In this document: positions 19,136-28,283 of the stretch, one piece after another
Numbering within the stretch: the first letter of the stretch is position 1
Layout: the number at the start of each line of letters is the position of its first letter
Virus record (IMG/VR): IMGVR_UViG_3300033145_000274
Span: 32,001-96,000 of that record
Reading direction: 5' to 3' (one strand)
Origin: a virus
DNA length: 64,000 nucleotides
The notes under the pieces: model-generated
Seen by the model: only the letters and a program-made list of their open reading frames with translations
Databases searched by the model: none
Told to the model about the DNA's origin: nothing
Made by a program: the position numbers and the translations under genes

Positions 19136-19432
19136 ATGGCGAAAGCCACATTTTCCAACACCGATTTGTGTGTCGCATGGGCACATCAGGCTAAGGCCGA
19201 CCCCCAGGGGACACGCGGAGACGTAGTCCGTACCCTCATGGGCAAAATGGAGCAAGACCCCGGCAACGCCGAAGAGTACCGCAAGGTCTACAACAACGTG
19301 ACCCAGCGGGTCAAGCAGTTGGGCAACCACCCGACAAAACCGGTTCAGTTCCCGCAACTGGCGGCTGGCAAGAAGGGTGCCCGACGCACCGACGCCCAAA
19401 TGGAAGACCTCCAGGCTCTCTTCATCGACTAG
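19136..19432 (+). CDS. hypothetical protein
   Basis: MAKATFS after AAGGAG. Confidence 0.6.
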   Translation: MAKATFSNTDLCVAWAHQAKADPQGTRGDVVRTLMGKMEQDPGNAEEYRKVYNNVTQRVKQLGNHPTKPVQFPQLAAGKKGARRTDAQMEDLQALFID

Positions 19433-19486
19433 GGTATCGCTCAAGGCACGAGGGTACCGCTGTCACCAGCGAAATACCCTGGACCC

Positions 19487-19522
19487 GAAACCCCAGCAGC
19501 CGAAAGGTTGCTGGGGTTTTTT
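19487..19522 (+). terminator. intrinsic terminator
   Basis: CCCCAGCAGCC-gaaa-GGTTGCTGGGG plus T7. Confidence 0.8.
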
Positions 19523-19648
19523 CGTAAGTGCTTACGTCGCAACAACTTGCGACGATTAGGGGGGCACCACATCGACGTAACTGGTGTGGTAACAACAACT
19601 TACGGAAATTCTCAAGCCATTGACTTCTTTGTGTCGATATGGTATAAT
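19520..19648 (+). repeat. ACGACTTACG-box promoter element, copy 9
   Basis: CGTAAGTGCTTACG palindrome, ACAACTTGCG, ACAACTTACG, TTGACT-N17(CGATA)-TATAAT. Confidence 0.85.
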
Positions 19649-19868
19649 AGTTGCGGAGAGCAATTTCTGTGCCAATACACAGAAAAAATGAGAGAATAAG
19701 GGCACCGCATACCGGCCCCACCGTAGTGCCGCCCTGTGTCACCCAATCCAACCTGGTTAGTCACCAATAGTCGGTAGTCAGCGAGTGTCAGTGAGCATTG
19801 GGCTTGACAAGAGCGCCAGGAAGTGTATAATAGAATGCGAGCAACTATCGTGCCAACCAACCCAGGAA

Positions 19869-20132
19869 ATGCCTATGAGTACAAAAAAGAAGATTTATGT
19901 CACCAGCGGTGAGTTGGCCGTAGTCACAATTGCAGACGGCCCTATTGCCGCCATCAAAACCGCCCTGTTTCAATTTGGAACAGATAAGCGCCTGGATGAT
20001 GACTTTATTTATCTGGACGAACGTGGCTTCAGACACGACGACACAGCACAATACATAGTACCCCTTGAACAGGCTTTAGCCGAGGCGGGGTACGTCTACG
20101 AGGAACCCAAGTTCCCATCGGCTGAGGTATAG
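19869..20132 (+). CDS. hypothetical protein
   Basis: After promoter TTGACA-N16-TATAAT at 19804. Confidence 0.6.
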   Translation: MPMSTKKKIYVTSGELAVVTIADGPIAAIKTALFQFGTDKRLDDDFIYLDERGFRHDDTAQYIVPLEQALAEAGYVYEEPKFPSAEV

Positions 20133-20202
20133 TCAGCCCCACTAAAGTGACCAGCCCTGCATGTTCGTGCGGGGCTTCTTCTTTTTAAGCAAGGGAAGCA
20201 TC

Positions 20203-20346
20203 ATGCTAGAAAAAATACTTCACGAACTCAACTGGTACACCTTCAGATTCAACTGGAGGCCAACCACCATTCGTTACGACCTGCCGGCTAACCGCCGTGT
20301 AGTCTGGCAGCACCTACCCACTGGTGAAATAAGAATGTCCCACTAA
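20203..20346 (+). CDS. small hypothetical protein
   Basis: MLEKILHELNW with RBS. Confidence 0.45.
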   Translation: MLEKILHELNWYTFRFNWRPTTIRYDLPANRRVVWQHLPTGEIRMSH

Positions 20347-20361
20347 CAACAAGAAGAAAAA

Positions 20362-20571
20362 ATGCCAAAGAAAAGAATCGTCCTAATCATCACCAGTTGT
20401 AAACAATGCACCCATGGCTGCGTCGTACCCAACCCCTATCTACCCGACAAGGGCGAACACATATACAGTTGGATGTGTTATAAGTTGGGGCGCTGCGTGT
20501 ATCGCCTGAAACCATGGGAGGAGCTTGCTAACTCTATTCCTGATGCTTGTCCATTACCTAATGAAGAATAA
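20362..20571 (+). CDS. Cys-rich tandem paralog 1
   Basis: IITSCKQC...WMCYKL...IPDACPLP. Confidence 0.7.
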   Translation: MPKKRIVLIITSCKQCTHGCVVPNPYLPDKGEHIYSWMCYKLGRCVYRLKPWEELANSIPDACPLPNEE

Positions 20572-20580
20572 GGAAAAAAC

Positions 20581-20784
20581 ATGACAAAGAAAATCACCAT
20601 CAACAGTTGCAAGCACTGTCCCAATCACATAGCCGAACGAGACCACACCGGCGATTCGCCTGAACCCTTCTTTAAGTGGAGGTGTTCTATACTACGCCAC
20701 CGCTATGTTGTACGGCGTTATGTGGAGTGGAATGACAATAGTCTCTTCATTCCCGATGACTGTCCACTACCAGAAGACGAGTGA
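20581..20784 (+). CDS. Cys-rich tandem paralog 2
   Basis: INSCKHC...WRCSIL...IPDDCPLP. Confidence 0.7.
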   Translation: MTKKITINSCKHCPNHIAERDHTGDSPEPFFKWRCSILRHRYVVRRYVEWNDNSLFIPDDCPLPEDE

Positions 20785-20794
20785 GAAAGAAAAC

Positions 20795-20992
20795 ATGTCA
20801 AGAAAAATCATCATCATCACCTCTTGTTACCAATGCGACTCTCACTCATTAGAACAGGACCGCACCCACGACGGTTCGTTGGTTTATAATGGTATGTGTT
20901 ATAAACTGAACCGCTACACACAGCGTAATGTATCATGGGAAACTCTAGCCACCTTCATGCCTGATGACTGCCCACTACCAGACGACAAGTGA
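20795..20992 (+). CDS. Cys-rich tandem paralog 3
   Basis: ITSCYQC...GMCYKL...MPDDCPLP. Confidence 0.7.
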   Translation: MSRKIIIITSCYQCDSHSLEQDRTHDGSLVYNGMCYKLNRYTQRNVSWETLATFMPDDCPLPDDK

Positions 20993-21002
20993 GAAAGAAA
21001 AC

Positions 21003-21179
21003 ATGTACATATACACATATTGGAACAACGAAAGAGAATGGCACGGAGAGGTCCTAGCCCATTTCAAGGCAGCTTCACAGGCCGAAGCTGACCAGGAGTT
21101 TATGAAACGGACATCCTATAATCCCCACGATGTCCGAATAGATTGCACGGTTAGAACTCACAAACCCAAACGATGTTGA
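21003..21179 (+). CDS. small hypothetical protein
   Basis: Start lies in the same junction repeat as paralog 3. Confidence 0.55.
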   Translation: MYIYTYWNNEREWHGEVLAHFKAASQAEADQEFMKRTSYNPHDVRIDCTVRTHKPKRC

Positions 21180-21359
21180 CATTGTAAGCGTCCGTCGTAA
21201 GTCTGCGACAAATGACTAAGTATGTCCCTCTCTTGCTCACATGTAGCGAAGTATAACGTTTGTGTTATATTTGGCTACACAGGGCACCAGTCTAGCGTCA
21301 CAGCCCATCCGGCCTGATTGGTCTGGCATGGTCCGTAGCCAGCGACTTTTGTGACGAGC

Positions 21360-21680
21360 CTATGCAGCCGTAGCGTACACTGGAGTTGGTGGACGGTCAT
21401 AGACGCCTGGCTTGACTGTGTCAGGCAATTGGGGAGGGGCTAAAACAATGGGAGATTCAGGGGGCAAGTCTGAGAGAGCGGCACGTCGCACCTTCTTACC
21501 TCCACGAGTATAAATCCCCACCATGCCCATGTCCATGAGATACTCACTTGAGTATTTAGCCGGCTTGGGCTCACCAATAAGATACTGAGCGTGGCCAAAT
21601 TGAGTCTGGAGTTGCTCAATGATTTCTTCAGCCTCTTCGTGAGAACCCACGTTAGAGACATGGGTCCAGCCCTGAGACAT
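21360..21680 (-). CDS. hypothetical protein
   Basis: Minus-strand ORF downstream of the promoter at 22126. Confidence 0.5.
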   Translation of the reverse strand: MSQGWTHVSNVGSHEEAEEIIEQLQTQFGHAQYLIGEPKPAKYSSEYLMDMGMVGIYTRGGKKVRRAALSDLPPESPIVLAPPQLPDTVKPGVYDRPPTPVYATAA

Positions 21681-21712
21681 AAGCAAGGGAAAAGAAGAAA
21701 GTATCATGGGTC

Positions 21713-21946
21713 TTACTCTACTATGTGATAGATTTCTTGCCAACGACTCATGTTGGTACCTGGCTTATCGTATTGGAAGATATTACACCCAGAATGAAAG
21801 TTCAGCCCAAACCACGCCTCACTAAAGCGACCCGCTAGCCAACGCCCATCACACTTCACCAAGTAATAATGGACCCCGGTTGTTATGATGTCGGGGTGCT
21901 TATGGCCATCTCCCTTGGTCCAGTCAAGCTTTTTGAGTGTAGGCAT
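21713..21946 (-). CDS. hypothetical protein
   Basis: AGGA RBS, minus-strand promoter upstream. Confidence 0.55.
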   Translation of the reverse strand: MPTLKKLDWTKGDGHKHPDIITTGVHYYLVKCDGRWLAGRFSEAWFGLNFHSGCNIFQYDKPGTNMSRWQEIYHIVE

Positions 21947-22098
21947 GAGTAGTTCCTAAGAGAAAAGGACAGGGGACCAGAAACAACACTTGACGGCAAC
22001 TCATTAGGTCCCCTGCCCAGTCGTAATTAACGCGGTGTTATTAAAACAACAGGGAACAGAAGCCACCGCGTGTGCTCCAGGTTGTTCCTGCCTACTTT

Positions 22099-22126
22099 AT
22101 TATACACTACTTGAGTCCTTTGTCAA
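22099..22126 (-). promoter_or_regulatory. sigma70-type promoter
   Basis: TTGACA-N16-TATAAT on the minus strand. Confidence 0.75.
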
Positions 22127-22591
22127 TCCCTTTTTTTCTGGAATCGAAAAACTCAGCACAGTAGAGCATACTTACAACAGTAAATCTTGAAGAGTATAGC
22201 CTTCCTTGCTTACTTCATCAAATATGTCCTAAGCCACGGCCCTTTGCTTGTACATGTATAAGCCTAAAGTCTGCCCTAGCGATTCGAGCTTACATGCTCA
22301 GGTTCGCCCGTCATCTCAGACCGAAAACCTGTAGAGAAAAACCATATTGTTAGAAGCGAGCCCTACCGAGTGTGCATGATATAGAATGCACAACTGGCAT
22401 CGCCACTCGTCTCTTTGAGCTTCAACATTGTAACCAACTAGGCTCATCAGACCCTCAACACAAAAACATGTATCAAAAATATGGGAAAGCTGTTGAGGTA
22501 GCCTTCAAAAAGTGGAAGAAAATCTTCCTTACACTATTATACCGGCCAAAATAAGCGTCTGTCCAGTCCATTTTTTCTTTTTTTTCTCTAG

Positions 22592-22619
22592 TTGACACAC
22601 ACGTATCCTATGATATAAT
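22592..22619 (+). promoter_or_regulatory. sigma70-type promoter
   Basis: TTGACA-N16-TATAAT with TG. Confidence 0.75.
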
Positions 22620-22845
22620 AGCAGGGTGAGCATAGTTGGCTTTGAGTTGGCTGGCCAAAAAGCGTTAAAACCCCCTATACAGTGGGAGATTGTGGGGATT
22701 CGTGGGGAAATTTTGCTCGCTGCGTGGTCAGCAGGTACAAAGTGTACGACCGCGACCCAGACGCCTCCGCTCCCCCGCGTCTTCTGTCTGTATTGTCCTA
22801 CTGTAGTATATCGTATAAAACCCCCGAAAACAAGAGAAAAAAACA

Positions 22846-22941
22846 ATGAACTTCCCCTCCCACGTTCGCACCGCCCTGACGTGGCTCTGCCTATTGGCGG
22901 TAGCCGTCGTACTCTTACTTACAGGATTAACGGCTAGTTAA
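22846..22941 (+). CDS. 31-aa hydrophobic membrane peptide
   Basis: MNFPSHVRTALTWLCLLAVAVVLLLTGLTAS. Confidence 0.4.
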   Translation: MNFPSHVRTALTWLCLLAVAVVLLLTGLTAS

Positions 22942-22980
22942 ACACCCAATTAACCGCAATACAAACTTCCAATTACCCCC

Positions 22981-23009
22981 TTGACAAGTTAAAGTCCATA
23001 TGCTAAAAT
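22981..23009 (+). promoter_or_regulatory. sigma70-type promoter
   Basis: TTGACA-N17-TAAAAT. Confidence 0.7.
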
Positions 23010-23157
23010 CGTCTATAGAGAAAATACAGGTCGTATTAAAGAACAGTTACCGGTTGGGCATGAAGGCTCGCGACGGAGCGGATGTTGGCTTACCGTGAAA
23101 TCTGGACGTTTATAACCGGTGTTGATAACTTACATGAAACAATTTTAGGAGAAAACC

Positions 23158-23520
23158 ATGGAAATAATTCCTCCCCCCATACCCAGGTTAGCCATTGAAA
23201 TCAAGTACCGCATTCATGCGATGAGACAGATTAAACAAAGAGAACACAGGGATGGAGTCACGATATGGGCGGGCACAGGCCGGCGTACCCTGGATACTGG
23301 GCTCCCAGGAACCGATATCTACCCAGAATTCCGAGACCGTTCACTCCTATCTCTCTTGTGGGCACTCATGCCATTGTGCTCATCAGTAGACTACCCCAAG
23401 TTGAAAGAACACATCCGTATATTCACAACTGAGTTGCCAGGATGCGGCGGACGCTTCTCGGTGGCATCACTGGAGCGGGCTGTTAAAGCTCTTGAATGTA
23501 CAATTGACCTACTCTACTAG
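23158..23520 (+). CDS. hypothetical protein
   Basis: AGGAG RBS. Confidence 0.55.
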   Translation: MEIIPPPIPRLAIEIKYRIHAMRQIKQREHRDGVTIWAGTGRRTLDTGLPGTDIYPEFRDRSLLSLLWALMPLCSSVDYPKLKEHIRIFTTELPGCGGRFSVASLERAVKALECTIDLLY

Positions 23521-23536
23521 TTCCGGAAGCATAAAC

Positions 23537-23710
23537 ATGGACATATCTGACATAATTATCGGAACTGGCTGGGCGCTAATGATAATAAGTATAGTGTTGG
23601 TCATTACGGGAGCACTGGTATGGTGGAATGATGACTATCAGAAATCAGAAGGAGCACAGACAAATGATAAAAACAATAGCCATAGTGATATCAACAATTG
23701 TAATCTTTAG
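23537..23710 (+). CDS. small membrane protein
   Basis: Single hydrophobic helix. Confidence 0.45.
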   Translation: MDISDIIIGTGWALMIISIVLVITGALVWWNDDYQKSEGAQTNDKNNSHSDINNCNL

Positions 23711-23862
23711 CATAGTGAAGGGGTCATAATGTCATCTTTAGACGTAATAGTGTGTGGAGTCCTATTTGGAATCTTTCTGATAATACTTTCCGAAATCTTT
23801 AATCAGAACAGACTATAAGGACAATACCATGCCAGCGCAACTCACATACAGTGGTATAACAA

Positions 23863-24132
23863 ATGAGTAAACCAATCGGCATTAACGCCAGCAGACTACA
23901 GCGAAAACTGCACAAAGACGAAGCTGCCTTTGTTGAACAATGGCAGTCGTTTAATGAGAACAACGAGGCGATTCGGTACATATTGTCGTCCGATAATATG
24001 TTACCACCCATACCAAGCCAACATGATTGTGTGATAGCAGAGACCATGATACAGTGGTTGGGCTCCAATGTTGGCATGGGGTTTGTGTTAAGTGTTCTTG
24101 AAAAGTTAGGGTATGGGGTCAGTAAATCATGA
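23863..24132 (+). CDS. hypothetical protein
   Basis: Part of a coupled + strand ORF run. Confidence 0.55.
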   Translation: MSKPIGINASRLQRKLHKDEAAFVEQWQSFNENNEAIRYILSSDNMLPPIPSQHDCVIAETMIQWLGSNVGMGFVLSVLEKLGYGVSKS

Positions 24133-24407
24133 AACTAGTCCTCTGCACACACTGTCATGACGTGTTCAAGCTAGACAGAATCCTACGACAGTGTAGGTGT
24201 GAGCGCACGTATGGTTTCTACCGGGATGATGGTATAACTGCCATATATGGTGGTTTTACTGCTATCCCTATTGGTTTTAATAATAGGACGCTCGCAAATG
24301 CAATAGAGAACCAACCACAAGAAGGCATGGGAGAACGGTTTACGGCATTTGTGATACCAAAAACATGTCCTACAATGATAAAGGATAACCCCGATGCAAT
24401 CCCTTAA
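24129..24407 (+). CDS. Cys-containing hypothetical protein
   Basis: CTHC...CRC; ATGA overlap. Confidence 0.6.
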   Translation: MKLVLCTHCHDVFKLDRILRQCRCERTYGFYRDDGITAIYGGFTAIPIGFNNRTLANAIENQPQEGMGERFTAFVIPKTCPTMIKDNPDAIP

Positions 24408-24768
24408 AAAACTCACCGATGAACAAACAAAGATGGCTGCTGAAGCTGTGGTGTGCTTGGTTCAAGATAGATTATACGATGCCATTTCCCGTGGTTCAAC
24501 GCTCCACGCAGCGGAAGTTGGTCGTTGTGAGGCCGAACGAGAATGGGACAAAGACCACCCTGATAATGGAGTAGGTTGCCCCGACGGCTGGGTGAGTGCC
24601 AATCCATTTCAAGACCGAAATAACTATAAGAGTGACCAAGCCGACCGGGCGATGGAAGATGTCAAAGAATGGCGTGTGGTCAGCACGTTTGTTATGACAC
24701 GTCTGTGTAGTATGTTGAAGAATACCGAACTCGAAACCCTACGTCAGAAGGACAAAACAAATGATTAA
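24394..24768 (+). CDS. hypothetical protein
   Basis: Coupled ORF. Confidence 0.55.
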   Translation: MQSLKKLTDEQTKMAAEAVVCLVQDRLYDAISRGSTLHAAEVGRCEAEREWDKDHPDNGVGCPDGWVSANPFQDRNNYKSDQADRAMEDVKEWRVVSTFVMTRLCSMLKNTELETLRQKDKTND

Positions 24769-25294
24769 GTATGTCACAGGTAATTTGTTTGAGTTGATAA
24801 AGCCAGAAACATCCATCGTCATTCCCCACATATGTAACGACTCCGGTGGTTGGGGAGCGGGTTTTGTGATGGCGCTCTCGAAACAATGGCCGCCAACCAT
24901 GCTGAAGGACAGTCCAGAGTGGAAATATCGTCAGTGGTTTGATTCCAGAGACTCCCACTTCACCAAATACGACAATCCATTTAGTCTTGATAGTGTGCAA
25001 GATGTTACGCCAACCGACTACATAGTCGTAGCCAACATGATTGCACAACACGGCACCAGAAGTGCTGAAAACCCCAAGCCAATCAAGTATGCCGCTTTGG
25101 TACAGTGTATGATTAAGGTCGCCGACATGTGTCGCGACTATCGTGAAATCCATGCACCAAAGTTTGGTTCTGGCCTGGCGGGTGGCAACTGGGCGTTCAT
25201 CGAAGAACTCATTGAGGAGCTTTGGTGTAGTCGCGGAATCCCTGTAACCATTTATGAACTTCCGCCAAGGATATCACATGACGCCTCAAAATAG
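24761..25294 (+). CDS. macro-domain (ADP-ribose-binding/hydrolase) protein
   Basis: GNLF...HICNDSGGWGAGF...VANMIAQ...APKFGSGLAGGNW. Confidence 0.85.
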   Translation: MIKYVTGNLFELIKPETSIVIPHICNDSGGWGAGFVMALSKQWPPTMLKDSPEWKYRQWFDSRDSHFTKYDNPFSLDSVQDVTPTDYIVVANMIAQHGTRSAENPKPIKYAALVQCMIKVADMCRDYREIHAPKFGSGLAGGNWAFIEELIEELWCSRGIPVTIYELPPRISHDASK

Positions 25295-25874
25295 CCCGGC
25301 AGAACTGCTGAAAGAGTTCTTATCGGAACATCGCGAGTCTAAGGACAGTGGCTTTGCACCTGTAACAGAACAGGATATGCAGCAATTGTATGAGTTGATG
25401 CACGCCATTGTAACAGCCAAGTGGAGCCCAGATTGCGATGGTGACCGACCTATCAACTTTGACATCATTGACCGCACACGGTTTGAGCCGATGCATTGGG
25501 CCAAGACACCATACCGACATCATGCTGAGTGCATGGAAAACCGCATGGCAGCCAATCGACTATTGGAAGACATACTTGATAGTTGTGTTACCAATGTCCG
25601 CACGGCAGCAGCTAGACTCGATACAGAAATACGTGTTCGACAATACTATCGGCGAGAAGAAGAAAAGCATAATGCAACATTCCAGAAAGGTCAAGAGCTT
25701 GTGTGTGTAGAGGCACCTGAAGATTGCCTAACCGTAGGTCAAACTTACATAGCGAAAAATTATTCGTATTGGGCTACGGATGGAGAGAAGGTCAGTATTG
25801 ATGCCGATGGTCGTGGCTTCTGGTATGGCAAGCCGGTTGAATACTTCACAGCCAAGGAGAAACATGATGAATAA
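25278..25874 (+). CDS. hypothetical protein
   Basis: Coupled ORF. Confidence 0.55.
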   Translation: MTPQNSPAELLKEFLSEHRESKDSGFAPVTEQDMQQLYELMHAIVTAKWSPDCDGDRPINFDIIDRTRFEPMHWAKTPYRHHAECMENRMAANRLLEDILDSCVTNVRTAAARLDTEIRVRQYYRREEEKHNATFQKGQELVCVEAPEDCLTVGQTYIAKNYSYWATDGEKVSIDADGRGFWYGKPVEYFTAKEKHDE

Positions 25875-26217
25875 ACTACTGTTAGGGTCATGTGCCATGG
25901 GTCTATTGGTTAGCAACATGACAGTTCATGGTATACCACGTGGTTTGTGGATTGGTCTAGTAGCCTCGGGTGGGTATCTGATAATTATGCAGATACTCTT
26001 TGCTTGCAACGTATGTAAAAGGCTATAACAATGATATGTGACATGTGTGGTAAAGACAAACCAAAAACGACATGCCAACCAACCATGAGCCAGTTGGTCT
26101 TTGGTGGTTTTCCAATTCATACGCAAAGCCGTTGTGATGGTTGTGAACGCAAGGTGTGTGCGTCTATTGACAAGATATTGGACAGACTAGAAGTTGAATC
26201 ACACATGGAGTAATAAT

Positions 26218-26469
26218 ATGGCAAGGGACAAATACTACAACAAGTTGGTGAAGTTTGATAGCGAGTATTTTCGCGACACGCTAGCGTCCACTCAAATCAC
26301 ATGCAACGAAGAAGAATTATGTCGTGTGTTAGCAACGTGGGCATATGATGGTGATTTTTATGTCGATAGTTGTGGTTGGGAGATGCTCACTAAAATTGAA
26401 ACACACTTCAGTAAGCGAGTACGTGAACAGGTATTATATAACCTTTTTCATCGAAACCATGACACATGA
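26218..26469 (+). CDS. hypothetical protein
   Basis: GGAG RBS. Confidence 0.5.
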   Translation: MARDKYYNKLVKFDSEYFRDTLASTQITCNEEELCRVLATWAYDGDFYVDSCGWEMLTKIETHFSKRVREQVLYNLFHRNHDT

Positions 26470-27050
26470 GCGAATTTGAACAGCACCTACGAGAGCGCGG
26501 CCTGAACGCGATGCACCGCTGTTGGAGCACCGGCCCACTGCCAAAGAAACCCAGGGATGAACATGTCATTTTCCCGCTTATAGCGCCTGGTGGACGATAC
26601 ATTGGGCATCAGCGTTACTTTTGGCGTCGAGATAAACTACGTAGCAATGATGAGCAAGGAAAGTACATCACTACATATCTTGATGAGTGTAAGCTTACGG
26701 GCTTTTATGGCTGGGAGAACTGCTACGGACACAGCCCTCTCTTCGTCACTGAGGGAATTTGGGATAGCATTCGCGTGGGGAACTGTTACTTCGATTGTGT
26801 GGCGCTCCTATGCAACAGTCCTAGCAGACAGTTAAAACAACACATTAGGATGCTTGCTAATGGTCGTTCCGTTATAGCTTTAATAGACAGGGATGAAAAC
26901 AAAGCTGGAGAGAGATTGGGTCGAGCCTTCGACTATGCTTTTGAACCAGATAAGTGGTATGAGGACTTCAGTGCCATGCCACATGATGTGTGTTTTGCTC
27001 GTATGACAAAAATCCTTAACACGCTAGGAAAGCTAACATGTACAAATTAG
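26466..27050 (+). CDS. stand-alone TOPRIM (primase-like) protein
   Basis: LFVTEGIWDSI...ALIDRDENKAG. Confidence 0.7.
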   Translation: MSEFEQHLRERGLNAMHRCWSTGPLPKKPRDEHVIFPLIAPGGRYIGHQRYFWRRDKLRSNDEQGKYITTYLDECKLTGFYGWENCYGHSPLFVTEGIWDSIRVGNCYFDCVALLCNSPSRQLKQHIRMLANGRSVIALIDRDENKAGERLGRAFDYAFEPDKWYEDFSAMPHDVCFARMTKILNTLGKLTCTN

Positions 27051-27291
27051 TATTGAACATGCAAGCTATTGACACCTACCAACGGCAAGTGGCTTGGTAT
27101 GGAGCTACAGAAGGAGTGCTAAAATGACACAGATTTTTCAGTTTTTTCAGTATTGTGTGGACTGTCAGTGGAATAGTACGTTGGGTTGTATAGTGGAAGA
27201 ACCACATCACTACGACTACAGTCGGCGCGAACGAGTCTCTGATGTAACCCCCTGTGCTCGTTTTATGGAAATCAATATGGAGGATTGAATC

Positions 27292-27489
27292 ATGAACATG
27301 GAGAGCGTTATCAGAACACTATGTGTGTTTGTGGGTTGTCTTACGTGGTTTTGCGTAGTATGTTACGTTGTTATCCAACTTGGTTTGCTAACATGCCTGG
27401 CGATTGTTGTGGTCTTATTTGTATCACTTCTATCAATTGTCGCTGGTATAGCAGGCCAGGGCATAGACATTGGAGATTCCCATGACTAA
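27292..27489 (+). CDS. membrane protein
   Basis: Two hydrophobic helices. Confidence 0.5.
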   Translation: MNMESVIRTLCVFVGCLTWFCVVCYVVIQLGLLTCLAIVVVLFVSLLSIVAGIAGQGIDIGDSHD

Positions 27490-27745
27490 TAGAGTGTTGA
27501 TGTGGATATTGTCGCGTTTGGTACACGCAACGATAGCTGGGCTAGCTGGTCTAGGTATGTTGACGGCGGTGTGCTTGTTAAGTGATGATTTCATGTTTGT
27601 GGTATGGGAACATACGTTTATAGTTATGTTCGCTGCTGTGTCACTTGGTAGTTTTATGTTAACGTGTGATGAATACATTGCCAAGTGGATGGTATTAGAT
27701 AGGCCACGTAGATTCATACAGCCACTATTAGACAAGGACACATGA
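27470..27745 (+). CDS. membrane protein
   Basis: Two hydrophobic helices. Confidence 0.5.
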   Translation: MEIPMTNRVLMWILSRLVHATIAGLAGLGMLTAVCLLSDDFMFVVWEHTFIVMFAAVSLGSFMLTCDEYIAKWMVLDRPRRFIQPLLDKDT

Positions 27746-27746
27746 C

Positions 27747-28241
27747 ATGTATACACACGAAGTGGTTTGTCTAAGCATCACAACCTTTGTCGGAACCTGC
27801 GTTATGGGTGCTGTGCATTGGTATGGTCGCTTACATTGGCGTGTACCAGAGGATGCTGAGCATCGTTATTGTCAACGTGATGTTAACTATGTTTTAGGCA
27901 CAGAGAGTGCTGCCAGGCTTAGTGAATGGGATGCTGATGGTCCACCATATAAAGTTGGTGATACATCTATAAGATTTTTTTCTGAAGAACATCTTCGGCT
28001 GACAGCCCAGCGCACATGGAAGACTGTTGTTCCCCGTGGTAGGGTTTTGATTGTGTGTCAATCTGGTGAGTTGGGACCCGTAGAAGTTTTAGCTGGTCCA
28101 TCCAAATTGATACGCTTAGGTAATCAGTTATGGCAAAGCTGGGAGAAAATCGACTTTAATACGGCAGTCAACGACCCACGTTATCTGTCGTTGGAAAAAC
28201 AATGGAATGCTCTGTGGCAAAGGGCTGGATTTTTGACTTGA
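27747..28241 (+). CDS. hypothetical protein
   Basis: Coupled ORF. Confidence 0.55.
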   Translation: MYTHEVVCLSITTFVGTCVMGAVHWYGRLHWRVPEDAEHRYCQRDVNYVLGTESAARLSEWDADGPPYKVGDTSIRFFSEEHLRLTAQRTWKTVVPRGRVLIVCQSGELGPVEVLAGPSKLIRLGNQLWQSWEKIDFNTAVNDPRYLSLEKQWNALWQRAGFLT

Positions 28242-28265
28242 CAAATCCAAAATACATGCTAAAAT
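28238..28265 (+). promoter_or_regulatory. sigma70-type promoter
   Basis: TTGACA-N16-TAAAAT. Confidence 0.7.
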
Positions 28266-28283
28266 TAACCGAAGGAGAATCCT

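Noticed and set aside
10068-19648. CRISPR array interpretation of the recurring early-region repeats
   Set aside because: Copies are 0.8-2 kb apart, separated by genes, degenerate, and end in promoters. There is no repeat-spacer periodicity and no cas gene.
26466-27050. Full DnaG primase
   Set aside because: Only about 194 aa with a TOPRIM core and no Zn-binding domain or adjacent helicase.
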